Positions 1 to 8,802 are shown, counted from the stretch's first letter. The stretch is 64,000 nt of DNA from Dehalococcoidia bacterium (GCA_965247585.1 CBDFHC010000005.1:192334-256333), one strand, 5' to 3'. Notes: generated by a model not told the origin, from the sequence alone. A program made the numbers and translations.

Positions 1-1
1 G

Positions 2-73
2 TGGTTCGCTAAGGAGGTGATGCCGGCGTTCGCGAAGCAGGCGAAGACGCCGGTGGCGGCGGACGACGATTAA
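2..73 (+). CDS. LLM-class (luciferase-like) flavin-dependent oxidoreductase, C-terminal fragment; gene begins upstream of the window
   Basis: Frame 2 reads WFAKEVMPAFAKQAKTPVAADDD-stop. This parallels the C-terminus of the next gene (RFAEEVMPAFTNRTTVAAADGG-stop), so the two are tandem paralogues. Confidence 0.7.
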   Translation, partial: WFAKEVMPAFAKQAKTPVAADDD

Positions 74-87
74 GGGGGGGCAAGACC

Positions 88-118
88 AGGCAAAGGGGCT
101 TCGCCCCTCTGCACTCCC
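88..118 (+). repeat. Hairpin-2 + tail remnant of the repeat family (S-type), 15 nt after the stop codon
   Basis: GGCAAAGGGGCTTCGCCCCTCTGCACTCCC. The stem is AGGGGC/GCCCCT (94-108), followed by the family tail CTGCACTCCC. A T5 run lies at 120-124. Confidence 0.7.
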
Positions 119-274
119 ATTTTTCATCAGCCTGTTGGGGATGGTCAGCGCGCAGAGTTGGCGAATCGATTGAGTCGGGATGACTGGGCTAACACGGACG
201 GTCAGTATGCAACGAGGTGGAGCTGAGAGCGCTAAAGGAGTCAAGAGCTTACAGACGCTAAGAAGGACGGGGAG

Positions 275-1465
275 ATGATAAGCAAGTTCGACAGCCTGTA
301 CGCCGGGCACGTGGACATGGAGGACGTAGGCTACGGGGGCACGGCGGTGAACGACCGGTGGTTTTCCGACGAGCACCTGGCCACGGCGGCAGACAAGGCA
401 ACGGCCATGGCGCGCCTGATGGACGGGCTAGGGTACGACACGTTGTGGCTGGCGGAGCACCACTTCCAGCGGGAAGGGTTCGAGTGCATACCTAACATCA
501 TGATGCTAGGGGTGCACCTGGCGCATTTGACCAAGGAGTTGAAGATAGGATGCGGGTTCAACGTTACGCCGATGTGGCACCCGCTGCGGCTGGCGGAGGA
601 CTTCGCGACGGTGGACTACCTGACGGGGGGGCGGCTGACATTCGGCGTGGGAAGAGGATACCACTCGCGAGAGGTGGAGACTTTCGGTGCGCCGGTGATG
701 GACCAGGCAGCGAACAGGGAGCTTTTCGAAGAGCAGGTGGAGATAATCTTTAAGGCGTTCAACGAGCGGGCGTTTTCGCACCGGGGGAAGCACTACACGC
801 TGCCGGCGAACGTGCCGTACAGGGACTACGAGCTGAAGGAGCTGACGCTGGTGCCGAGGCCGTTGAATCGTCCGGTGGAGTGCTGGCAGCCGATAGTCAG
901 CGCGAATCCCAGGGGTTTCGATTTCATGGCGAAGCACGGGATCAAGGGGCTGATTGGCGGGGGAATTTCGGAAGGAGGAGCGCGCTTCAACGTGATAGAG
1001 GAGTGGCGAGATGCGCTGGGGAGGACGGGCCGGGAGGCGGAGCTAGGGGAGGACCTGGCGGTAGGTTTCCATTTCTATCTGTCGGAGAGCCGGGAGCAGG
1101 GGATACGGGAGGCGTCCAAGTATTTTGAGGAGAACCTGAAGTCCTTTGGGCCGCTGAGGGTGGGGAGCCCGATGACGGACCAGCAGATACGGGACCTGAG
1201 TGACCCCAATCGAGCGCCGTATGCGGACCTGCCCTCGATGGAGGGAGCGGTGAATTCCGGGTCGTTTCTTTGCGGGACGCCGGAGGAGGTTATAGAAGAC
1301 CTGATGGGCCGGGAAGCGCGGATGCCGGGGTTGGAGCGGGTGAACGTGGCGCACCCGGTGGGGATGCCGCAGAGCGTGATCCTGGAGCAGTTGGAGCGGT
1401 TCGCCGAGGAGGTGATGCCGGCATTCACGAACCGGACAACGGTAGCGGCGGCGGACGGCGGCTAG
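275..1465 (+). CDS. LLM-class (luciferase-like) flavin/F420-dependent oxidoreductase
   Basis: 396-aa ORF with LAEHHFQREGFE and the overall pattern of the luciferase-like monooxygenase family. AAGGA lies 7 nt upstream of the ATG. Confidence 0.85.
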   Translation: MISKFDSLYAGHVDMEDVGYGGTAVNDRWFSDEHLATAADKATAMARLMDGLGYDTLWLAEHHFQREGFECIPNIMMLGVHLAHLTKELKIGCGFNVTPMWHPLRLAEDFATVDYLTGGRLTFGVGRGYHSREVETFGAPVMDQAANRELFEEQVEIIFKAFNERAFSHRGKHYTLPANVPYRDYELKELTLVPRPLNRPVECWQPIVSANPRGFDFMAKHGIKGLIGGGISEGGARFNVIEEWRDALGRTGREAELGEDLAVGFHFYLSESREQGIREASKYFEENLKSFGPLRVGSPMTDQQIRDLSDPNRAPYADLPSMEGAVNSGSFLCGTPEEVIEDLMGREARMPGLERVNVAHPVGMPQSVILEQLERFAEEVMPAFTNRTTVAAADGG

Positions 1466-1478
1466 TGGGGCAGGGTTT

Positions 1479-1935
1479 GTGAGTAAATTGAACTAGAACA
1501 GCGATAGTGGGCGCCAGGGTTGGACGTGCTTTCCCACTACACCCAGATGCTCCCCTTCGACGTGCTCAGGACAAACTTACCTCACGGACGGACTCAGAAT
1601 CTAACATGCTATTGGCAGCGCACCAATACGGACGACAATAGAATGGCGGCTATCATCCATGATGGCCGGTATGGCTACCACAAAGGACTGCAAATGACAG
1701 GTTGGTGATTCCCTCCCACCCGCCCAGAAAGGTTTTTAAAAGTTTTTCTGAGGGACACCCTCAGACTCCCGGCAGAGGGGCACAGCCCCTCTGCACTCCC
1801 CCTTGTTAGGCGTGCGGAGAGCAGGGACGGTGCTATTTGCATAACAATGGCGTGACTCTCCTGGAAGCTCAACTGCTACCAGGTTGGCGCAGAGGGCGTA
1901 GAAAAAGTCAAAGACTCACAAGCTCTCAGGGGACG
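1479..1935 (+). repeat. Composite repeat block B-A-C-D filling a convergent gap
   Basis: Modules in order:
- B variant at 1479-1612.
- A unit at 1660-1803 (box from 1699, hairpin 1 at 1748-1764, hairpin 2 at 1772-1794).
- C at 1804-1880.
- D at 1893-1935, overlapping the stop codon of the RidA-like gene. Confidence 0.9.
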
Positions 1936-2324
1936 GTGGCGGTGAGCTCGATTTCGATACGGAAGCGGGGGTCGGCCAAGCCGTTGATGAGGACGACGGT
2001 GCTGGCGGGCGGGGTGTCACCGAAGTATTTGTCGCGGGCGGCGCGGGCGGCGAGCCAGTCCTCGCGGTGGGTGAGGAAGACGTTGATGCGGTGAACATCG
2101 GCGAAGGTGGCGTCGACGGAGGAGAGGGCGGTCTGGAGGTTCAGGTAAACCTGATCGACCTGGGACTCGATGTCGGGGCCGGCGAGAGAACCGTCGGGCT
2201 TTAGGCCCACTTGACCGGCGATGTATGCGGTGTTACCGGCCTTGACGACGTGAGTGTAGCCGCCGGGCGGGGCTATGCCGGTGGGATTTGTGCGCTGGAT
2301 AGCCATTTGAGGTGCCTCCGCCAA
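1926..2324 (-). CDS. RidA/YjgF family (reactive intermediate deaminase-like) protein
   Basis: 132-aa ORF with GYTHVVKAGNTAYIAGQVG and a C-terminal RIEIELTA pattern typical of the YjgF/RidA family. Confidence 0.85.
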   Translation of the reverse strand: MAEAPQMAIQRTNPTGIAPPGGYTHVVKAGNTAYIAGQVGLKPDGSLAGPDIESQVDQVYLNLQTALSSVDATFADVHRINVFLTHREDWLAARAARDKYFGDTPPASTVVLINGLADPRFRIEIELTATVP

Positions 2325-2369
2325 GAGTGGGCGATGGGGTGAAAGCCGCCGGGCGGTATTATAGCGTAG

Positions 2370-2895
2370 GTTGGAGCATGGCGACGGGTGCCGCTGCCGC
2401 AGAGGGTTGCGAATCAGGGGTTGAGAGGTTCCACCTGTCCTCGGGATGAATTATTTCGGTGGCGATCAGCCAGGGCGATGGTTGACTGTTCCTAAGGGCT
2501 ACAAATCATGGGTTGGTGGTTCCCGCCGTCCCGCCCCGAAGGGTTTAAAAAACGAAGTTCTGAGGGACACCCTCTGACTCCTGGCGGAGGGGAAGACCCC
2601 CTCTGCACTCCCACTTGCTTGCCGCAGGTAGAGTAGGGACGGTGCTATTTCAGTAGGAAAGAGATGATAGTGAACGAGCGGACTTAGAGCGATGGCGGCG
2701 GGCTACAAATCATGGGTTGGTGGTTCCCGCCGTCCCGCCCCGGAGGGTTTAAAAAACGAAATTCTGAGGGACACCCTCAAACTCCCGGCAGAAGGGGGAG
2801 ACCCCCTCTGCACTCCCACTTGCTTGTCGCAGGTGGAATAGGGACGGTGCTATTTTCATAGGAATGAGATGGTAGTGAGCGGGCGGACTTCGAGC
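2370..2895 (+). repeat. Degenerate box plus two tandem A+C units (204-bp period)
   Basis: A degenerate box lies at 2370-2440. GGGCTACAAATCATGGGTTGGTGG occurs at 2496 and 2700. Each unit carries hairpin 1, hairpin 2 (2584-2606 with a G.U pair) and a C module. Confidence 0.9.
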
Positions 2896-2992
2896 CATGA
2901 CAGAGGGTTGCGAATTGGGGGTTGGTGAGGGGGGGCGTGGTATGATGCCGGGCGCCCGGGAATTCGATGTAGTGGCTGGAAAGGGGGAGGCG

Positions 2993-3553
2993 ATGGCGCG
3001 GTTGAGGCCGTTGGAGCGGAGGGAGCTTACTGCCCAGGGAAGGGAGGTGTGGGACTGGTATGTGGGGACCCGGGGCTACGAGGTGAAGGACAATTATCGG
3101 ACGCTGCTGCACAGTCCGGAGGCAGCGAAGCGGTTTTCGGAGCTGGGAGAGTACCTGAGGTTTCGATGTTCGGTGCCGCCTCGGCTGAGGCAGGTGGCGA
3201 TCCTGGCCACGGCGCGTTCGGTGGACAGCCACTGGGTGTGGACGCTCCACGCGCTGCTGGCGCCCAATGACGGGGTAAGCCGGGAGGTGATTGACTCGTT
3301 GGGAGAGGGGCGCGTGCCGGTGGAGGGGAGTCTGGAAGAGCAGACGGTGGCGGAGTTCGCGTTCCAGCTTCTTCGGGAGCACCGGGTATCGGAGGAGGTG
3401 TTCCGGCGGGCGCAAGGGGTGCTGGGCGACGGAGGGGTGGTGGACCTGTCGCTGCTGGTGGGTTACTACGCCAGCATGGGGCTGGCGATGGCGGCGTTCG
3501 AGGTACGGCCGGAGCCGGAGGTGGAATCGACGCTGCCTGCCTTGGGCGGCTAG
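2993..3553 (+). CDS. Carboxymuconolactone decarboxylase (AhpD-like) family protein
   Basis: The ORF track gives 2897-3553; I moved the start to ATG 2993 (GGGGGAGG upstream). It is a paralogue of 5249-5800, sharing LERxEL..GRxV.D....TRGY.V..NY.TLLHSPE. Confidence 0.8.
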   Translation: MARLRPLERRELTAQGREVWDWYVGTRGYEVKDNYRTLLHSPEAAKRFSELGEYLRFRCSVPPRLRQVAILATARSVDSHWVWTLHALLAPNDGVSREVIDSLGEGRVPVEGSLEEQTVAEFAFQLLREHRVSEEVFRRAQGVLGDGGVVDLSLLVGYYASMGLAMAAFEVRPEPEVESTLPALGG

Positions 3554-4668
3554 GTCATGACGCGGCGGAAGTAGGCCAGGGCGTTGCCGCCGGCGACTTT
3601 TGTGACGTCCTCGTCAGAGTAGCCACGGGTTATGAGGCCACGGATGATGTTCTTGCCATCGGCGGGGGACTCGAGGCCGTTGAGGTAGGCGGCGGGCAGG
3701 TTAGCGGGGGCGTCACGGGACATCATCTTCTTGTGGAAGCCGACGTGGTCGCCGATGGTGGTGTCGGAGCCGATGGCGACGCTGTCGACGCCCACCAGCT
3801 TGACCATGTAGTCGTAGTGGTCCAGGACGCACTCGATGTCCTGCTCAGGGTCGTCGCTGAGGGAGTTGGGGACGGCGGTGATGGCGACGAGACCGCCGTT
3901 TTCTACGCAGGCCTTTAACTCCTCGTCCTTGCGGGAGCGTCGGGTCTGGCGGAGGGTGTAGGCCTGGTTGTGGCTGAAGATGACGGGGGCCTTGGATAAC
4001 TCGATGGCGTCCATGGCGGTGCGGAAGGAGGCGTGGGAGAGGTCCGCGGCCATGCCAAGGTCGTTCATGCGGTGGAGGACTTCGATGCCGAACTCGCTGA
4101 GGCCGCCGTCGTTGCGCTCGTTGAGGCCGTCGCCGACGTAGTTTTTACGGTTGTAGGTGAGGCCGGCGAGGCGGACGCCGAGGTTGTAGAGGAGGTCGAC
4201 GCGCTCGATACGGTTGCCGATGGCCAAGTGTTCGACGGTGGGAAAGATGCCCAGCTTGCCGTCTGCCTTGGCGGCGACGATCTGATCAGCGTTGCCGACC
4301 TTGGTGGCGATGTCACGGTGGAGGGCGAGATCCGACATCATCTGGTTGAGCTCGGCGACGAGGTCATCGAAGCGGATGAAGGAGACGTCATGGCTGTTGA
4401 GGAGGCAGGCGAGGACGTTGGCGGTGGCGACGCCGCTAAAGCCGCCGTAGCGCATGGCCTCGTAGCCCCAGCGGAAGTCGCCGTCGCGCAGGTATTCGGA
4501 GAAGAGGTCCAGGTCCTCTGGGAAGACGAAGGGGTGCTGGTGGACGTCCACCATGACGATTTGTTCCATGAGGCCCTGGAAGCGCTTCTGCTGCTGGGAG
4601 TCAAGGGGCAGTTGGGAGGACGGAACGCGGCCGACCTCTTTGACCAGCGGGACGTGGGGAGCAGCCAT
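3550..4668 (-). CDS. Membrane (renal-type) dipeptidase, peptidase family M19
   Basis: 372-aa ORF with VDVHQHP, LSHASF, FSHNQAY and GSD motifs. Confidence 0.85.
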   Translation of the reverse strand: MAAPHVPLVKEVGRVPSSQLPLDSQQQKRFQGLMEQIVMVDVHQHPFVFPEDLDLFSEYLRDGDFRWGYEAMRYGGFSGVATANVLACLLNSHDVSFIRFDDLVAELNQMMSDLALHRDIATKVGNADQIVAAKADGKLGIFPTVEHLAIGNRIERVDLLYNLGVRLAGLTYNRKNYVGDGLNERNDGGLSEFGIEVLHRMNDLGMAADLSHASFRTAMDAIELSKAPVIFSHNQAYTLRQTRRSRKDEELKACVENGGLVAITAVPNSLSDDPEQDIECVLDHYDYMVKLVGVDSVAIGSDTTIGDHVGFHKKMMSRDAPANLPAAYLNGLESPADGKNIIRGLITRGYSDEDVTKVAGGNALAYFRRVMT

Positions 4669-4985
4669 TTGATCACCTCAGATGCGGGGTGGTTGGGGCG
4701 GTCCGGTACCGGATTAGAAGGTATGCGTTGGGGGCGGAGTAGTCAAGGTGGGGATGGGTGGGGCCTGGGCTCCCATTGGGTTGGATTGGATACGGAGTGC
4801 GGGGTAGGAGGGTAGCGGAGGGAATGTGCGCACTCGGAGGGCAGGCGCACCCCATCTTGTGCAACCGGGCAGATAGGGGGAGAGGATTCTTGGGCGGGAG
4901 GTGATTATGCATCAGGGTCTTTTTGGCAGGGTGCCGGTCTGGTTTTGACGGGACTCAGCCACAGGAAGCTAGGTTTGGACACCAC

Positions 4986-5050
4986 GAAGGGCTGCGAATC
5001 ATAGGTTGGTGATTCCCGCTCTCCTTCGAGGGCCTCAGGATGAGCGGGAA
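4986..5050 (+). repeat. Box fragment fused to E hairpin
   Basis: GCTGCGAATCATAGGTTGGTGA is followed by the stem TTCCCGCTC (5013-5021) / GAGCGGGAA (5042-5050), which closes the loop TCCTTCGAGGGCCTCAGGAT. Confidence 0.85.
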
Positions 5051-5248
5051 AGGGAGGTATAAGCGTCAATATTCGGCGCGCTGGCATTGCGATGGCAGGG
5101 GGTTGGTTTGCGAGTAGGAGGGTCTATGAGGAGGAGAAGGGAGTCGCGGCGGGATGGGTTTGACGGGATGTTGGGGGGCAATTATGATAGCCGTCGCCCG
5201 TCGATTTGCGGTAGGGATGGGTATTCGTACGAAGTGAAAAGGAGCGGT

Positions 5249-5800
5249 ATGGTCAGGTTGCGAGCCCTGGAACGAGAGGAGCTATCGGAGGAGGGGCGGC
5301 GGGTTTACGACGAGATTGTCCAGACCAGGGGGTACATAGTAAACAACTATAAGACGCTGCTGCACAGCCCGGAGGGCGCGGGGCGGTTTGCGCACCTGGG
5401 GCATTATCTGAGGGCGCTTTCGCCGGTGGAACGGAGGCTGAGGGAGGTGGGGATTCTGGCGGGTGCGAAGGCGGTGGAGAGCGAGTACGTGTGGAGCGCC
5501 CACGAGCCGCTGGCGCGGGACGCGGGGGTGGCGGAAGGGGTGATTGAGGCGATTCGAGAGGGGAGGTTGCCGGGGGAGGGCTTTTCCGAGGAGGCGGCGA
5601 TAGTGGGGTACGCGTGGCAGATGCTGAAGGAGCACAAGGTGGAGGACGAGACGTTTGAGGCGGTGCGGACGAGGCTGGGTGACGCGGGGGTGGTGGACCT
5701 GACGCTGATGATTAACTATTACGTATCACTGGCGCTGGCGATAGCGGCGCTGGAGATACCGCTGCCGGAAGGGTTCGACCCGCTGGTCTCGATACCATAG
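5249..5800 (+). CDS. Carboxymuconolactone decarboxylase (AhpD-like) family protein
   Basis: The ORF track gives 5087-5800; I moved the start to ATG 5249 (AAAAGGAG upstream). Paralogue of 2993-3553. Confidence 0.8.
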   Translation: MVRLRALEREELSEEGRRVYDEIVQTRGYIVNNYKTLLHSPEGAGRFAHLGHYLRALSPVERRLREVGILAGAKAVESEYVWSAHEPLARDAGVAEGVIEAIREGRLPGEGFSEEAAIVGYAWQMLKEHKVEDETFEAVRTRLGDAGVVDLTLMINYYVSLALAIAALEIPLPEGFDPLVSIP

Positions 5801-5860
5801 GCTGTGGCGACGCCGGGGCGATGGCGGGGGATGCGGTGGAGATGGGCTGGGCTGGGGCGG

Positions 5861-5983
5861 AGGACTGCGAGTTGAAGGTTGGTGGTTCCCACCATCCCGC
5901 TCAGGAAGGTTTTATATTTAGTTCTGAGGGACACCCTCAGACTCCCGGCAGCACCACCCAGGTCCCCTGCACTCTCCTGTGGG
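5861..5983 (+). repeat. A unit, subtype-2 tail
   Basis: AGGACTGCGAGTTGAAGGTTGGTGGTTCCCACCATCCCGC...CTGAGGGACACCCTCAGACTCCCGGCAGCACCACCCAGGTCCCCTGCACTCTCCTGTGGG. Confidence 0.9.
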
Positions 5984-6047
5984 ACTGGAGCTAATTGCGC
6001 GGAGGAGGCCCCATTCCTAAGGGCGAGAATTGTAATTGGAGGTTGGC

Positions 6048-7580
6048 ATGCGTTATGACGTTATTGTGATAGGCGGAGGGTCCGGCGGAGCGACGGTGGC
6101 GGGGAGATTGTCAGAGGACGGAGAGCGTTCGGTGCTGCTGCTGGAGGCGGGGCCGGACTACCCGGAGTTCGACGACATTCCTGAGGATGTGAAGGACGGG
6201 AACGACGTAATTAGGGTATCGCTGGGGGAGCATGTGTGGCGGTGGAATGCGCGGGCCAACGAGCACCAGGACCAGCCGGTGGAGGTTATGGGAGGCAAGG
6301 TGAGCGGAGGAGGCAGCGCGGTGAACGGCACGGTGTTTATCCGGGGGCTGCACCAGGACTTCGAAGAGTGGGTGTCGCTGGGCAATAGCGAGTGGTCGTA
6401 CCAGCAGGTGCTGCCGGTGTTCCTGGGGATGGAGACGGACCTGGACTACGGGGGCGACTTTCATGGAAAGAGCGGCCCTATCCCGATCCAACGGGTGAAA
6501 CGGGAGGAGCTGGAAGCCAGCATGCGGGCGTTTACGGAGGCGTGTGTTTCGGCGGGATTCCAGGAGACCCCGGATATGAACCTGCCAGATACCACGGGGG
6601 TGGGACCGCGGCCGCTGAATAGCCTGGGGGGAACGCGAATCAGCACCAGCATAGCGTACCTGAACCCGAACCGGCACCGGCTGAACCTGACGGTGAGGGG
6701 TAACGTGCTGGCGCGGCGCATTCTTTTCGAGGGGAAACGGGCGGTGGGGGTGGAGGTGGAGAGCGGGGGCGAGGTGTACGAGCTGGAGGCGGGGGAGGTG
6801 GTGCTGAGCTGCGGGGCGATAGTTTCGCCGGCGGTGCTGATGAGGTCCGGCGTGGGGCCGCAAGAGCACTTGCGGGAGATGGGTATTCCACTGGTGCAGC
6901 ACCTGCCCGGGGTGGGGGAGAACTTGCAGGACCATCCGCTGATACCGGTATGGTTCAAGCACCGGGCCGGGCTGGGCGAGAAAGGTGCGCCGAGTCAAGT
7001 AGGGCTGCGGTACACATCGGCGGGGTCTGAGATGTTTAACGACATGTACATTAGCCCGTACCCGAATTACCTGGTGGATGGTGAATACTACACCCGGTTT
7101 CACGTGATTCTGGAGCGGCCGGCAGGGACGGGCCGGATTACGCTGGCATCAACGGACGCGAGGGAAGCGCCGAACATTGACTTCCGGTTTCTGGACGAGA
7201 GGCGGGACGTGGAGCGGATGAGGGAAGGGGTGAGGCTGGCGGCGCGGATAGGGGCGGAAGGGGCGTACGCCGGGGTGTTCTTGGAGCGAGTTGGGCCGTT
7301 GGACGAGGAGCTGGCGGAGGACGGGGCGTTGGACCAGTGGTGCCGAAGCAACGTGATTTCGGCGCCGCACGTGGCGCGGACTTGCAAGATGGGTCCGGCG
7401 GGCGACTCGATGGCGGTGGTGGACCAGTACTGCCGGGTACACGGCGTCGAGGGGCTACGGGTGGCGGACGCCTCGGTGTTCCCGACGCACGTGAGGGCGA
7501 ACCCGAATGCGACGACGATCATGATAGGCGAGCGGGTGGCGCGGTGGATCAGGGAAGGGAGCTCTGGGGGTTCCCTCTGA
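6048..7580 (+). CDS. GMC family oxidoreductase (choline dehydrogenase-like)
   Basis: Start moved to ATG 6048 (GGAGG 6 nt upstream). It has the N-terminal FAD Rossmann DVIVIGGGSGG and a length and C-terminal region typical of the GMC family. Confidence 0.85.
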   Translation: MRYDVIVIGGGSGGATVAGRLSEDGERSVLLLEAGPDYPEFDDIPEDVKDGNDVIRVSLGEHVWRWNARANEHQDQPVEVMGGKVSGGGSAVNGTVFIRGLHQDFEEWVSLGNSEWSYQQVLPVFLGMETDLDYGGDFHGKSGPIPIQRVKREELEASMRAFTEACVSAGFQETPDMNLPDTTGVGPRPLNSLGGTRISTSIAYLNPNRHRLNLTVRGNVLARRILFEGKRAVGVEVESGGEVYELEAGEVVLSCGAIVSPAVLMRSGVGPQEHLREMGIPLVQHLPGVGENLQDHPLIPVWFKHRAGLGEKGAPSQVGLRYTSAGSEMFNDMYISPYPNYLVDGEYYTRFHVILERPAGTGRITLASTDAREAPNIDFRFLDERRDVERMREGVRLAARIGAEGAYAGVFLERVGPLDEELAEDGALDQWCRSNVISAPHVARTCKMGPAGDSMAVVDQYCRVHGVEGLRVADASVFPTHVRANPNATTIMIGERVARWIREGSSGGSL

Positions 7581-8752
7581 CCCGCTAGGAGGGAACCAAG
7601 GTCCTCTGCGCTCTCTGTGGTGTTAGCGTTGGGAGAAAGCCGGGGGCTGTTTTCCAGGGCAGTCAGCCATGGCGATGGGTATGGCCACTACAGAGGGTGG
7701 CGAATCACGGGTTGGTGGTTCCCGCCGTCCCACCACAGAAGGTTTTATTGAAGTCCTGAGGGACACCCTTATCCGCCATAGAGCGTGTGAGTAAATTGGG
7801 CTGGTACAGCGCGATTGAGGGCGCGAGGGTTGGGTGTGCTCTCCCACCACACCCAGATTCTTCGATCCTCACGGGCGGACTCAGAATGACATGGTGGGGG
7901 GCGGAATGCGGTATGGGCTCGTCCTTCGAGGGCCTCAGGATGAGCGGGTTGGAGGCGCAGAGAGGGTGGCGAATCACGGGTTGGTGGTTCCCGCCGTCCC
8001 GCCCCGGATGGTTTTATTGAAGCCCTGATGGACACCCTTATCCGCCACAGAGCGTGTGAGTAAATTGGGCTGGTACAGCGTTAGAGGGCGCGAGGGTTGG
8101 GTGTGCTCTCCCACCACACCCAGATTCTTCGATCCTCATGGGCGGACTCAGAATGACATGGTGGAGGGCGGAATGCGGTATGGGCTCGTCCTTCGAGGGC
8201 CTCAGGATGAGCGGGTTGGAGGCGCAGAGAGGGTGGCGAATCACGGGTTGGTGGTTCCCGCCGTCCCGCCCCGGATGGTTTAAGAAACGGCTTTCTGATG
8301 GCCCGCTCTGGACTCCCTCTTGGTAGGCGCAGGTAGAGTACGGACGGTCCTATTTTCACAGGAATGACATGAGTAATTTCGACGCTAGACATGCGATAAA
8401 GTGGCGATGAAAGTGCGGAAGAAGTAAAAAAGTCACAGACTTACAGGCGAACCAGCAGGGAACCGCGGTACTCTGCACCCTTCTGTGGGGCAGAGGATGG
8501 AGGTAGGGTTGGATTGAACTGAGGCTGGGCGGTGATGTGGCACGGGAACGGCGCCTTTGCTACGATAGGCGCGGTTCTGAGCAACGCATGAATTGGGGGA
8601 ATCATTGATGGCGTTGGGTGTTGCTACCACAAAGGGTTGCAAATCATAGGTCGGTGACGCCCACCCACCCGCCCCAGACGGTTTTTAAAAGCTTATTTCT
8701 GAGGGGCACCCTCAGAGTCACGCCAGAGGCGGTTTCCCCTCTGGACTCTCCT
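7568..8752 (+). repeat. Repeat cluster: S remnant, three box units with two B modules, C, D, and one complete A unit
   Basis: - An S remnant overlaps the GMC stop codon (7568-7620).
- The first two of the three box units are cut inside hairpin 1 (CTGAGGGACACCCTTA|TCCGCC) and continue into B.
- C lies at 8321-8392 and D at 8420-8500.
- A complete A unit lies at 8595-8752. Confidence 0.9.
7692..8320 (+). repeat. Tandem repeat of [truncated A + B], about 268-bp period, about 2.3 copies
   Basis: AGAGGGTGGCGAATCACGGGTTGGTGG recurs at 7692, 7961 and 8228 (periods 269 and 267). Confidence 0.9.
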
Positions 8753-8802
8753 TCTTCAGGCGTTGTTCAAGGGACGAAGTTTCGATTTTCGAGGGAAGTG
8801 AT

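Noticed and set aside
1699-1740. The box GGTTGGTGGTTCCCACCATCCCGCCCA could be a tRNA-like T-arm and acceptor, making the element a tRNA-derived SINE.
   Set aside because: The loop is only 3 nt (TTC), there is no D-arm or anticodon-arm counterpart, there is no GTTCRAnyC consensus, and no cloverleaf can be drawn.
4750-4769. A canonical G-quadruplex motif, GGGGATGGGTGGGGCCTGGG, lies in the otherwise unexplained 300-bp G-rich region 4669-4985 upstream of the dipeptidase gene.
   Set aside because: G-runs are common throughout this G-rich genome, so a single motif is not distinguishable from background. I recognised no conserved structure or ORF, and the region remains unexplained.
7776-7800. B begins with GTGTGAGTAAATTG, reminiscent of a group II intron 5' end (GUGYG). 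Group IIC introns insert after hairpins in one orientation.
   Set aside because: B is only about 190 nt. It has no domain V/VI-like sequence and no IEP/RT ORF, and the GTG start varies among copies (GAGAGTAAATTG, GTGTGAACAAACC).
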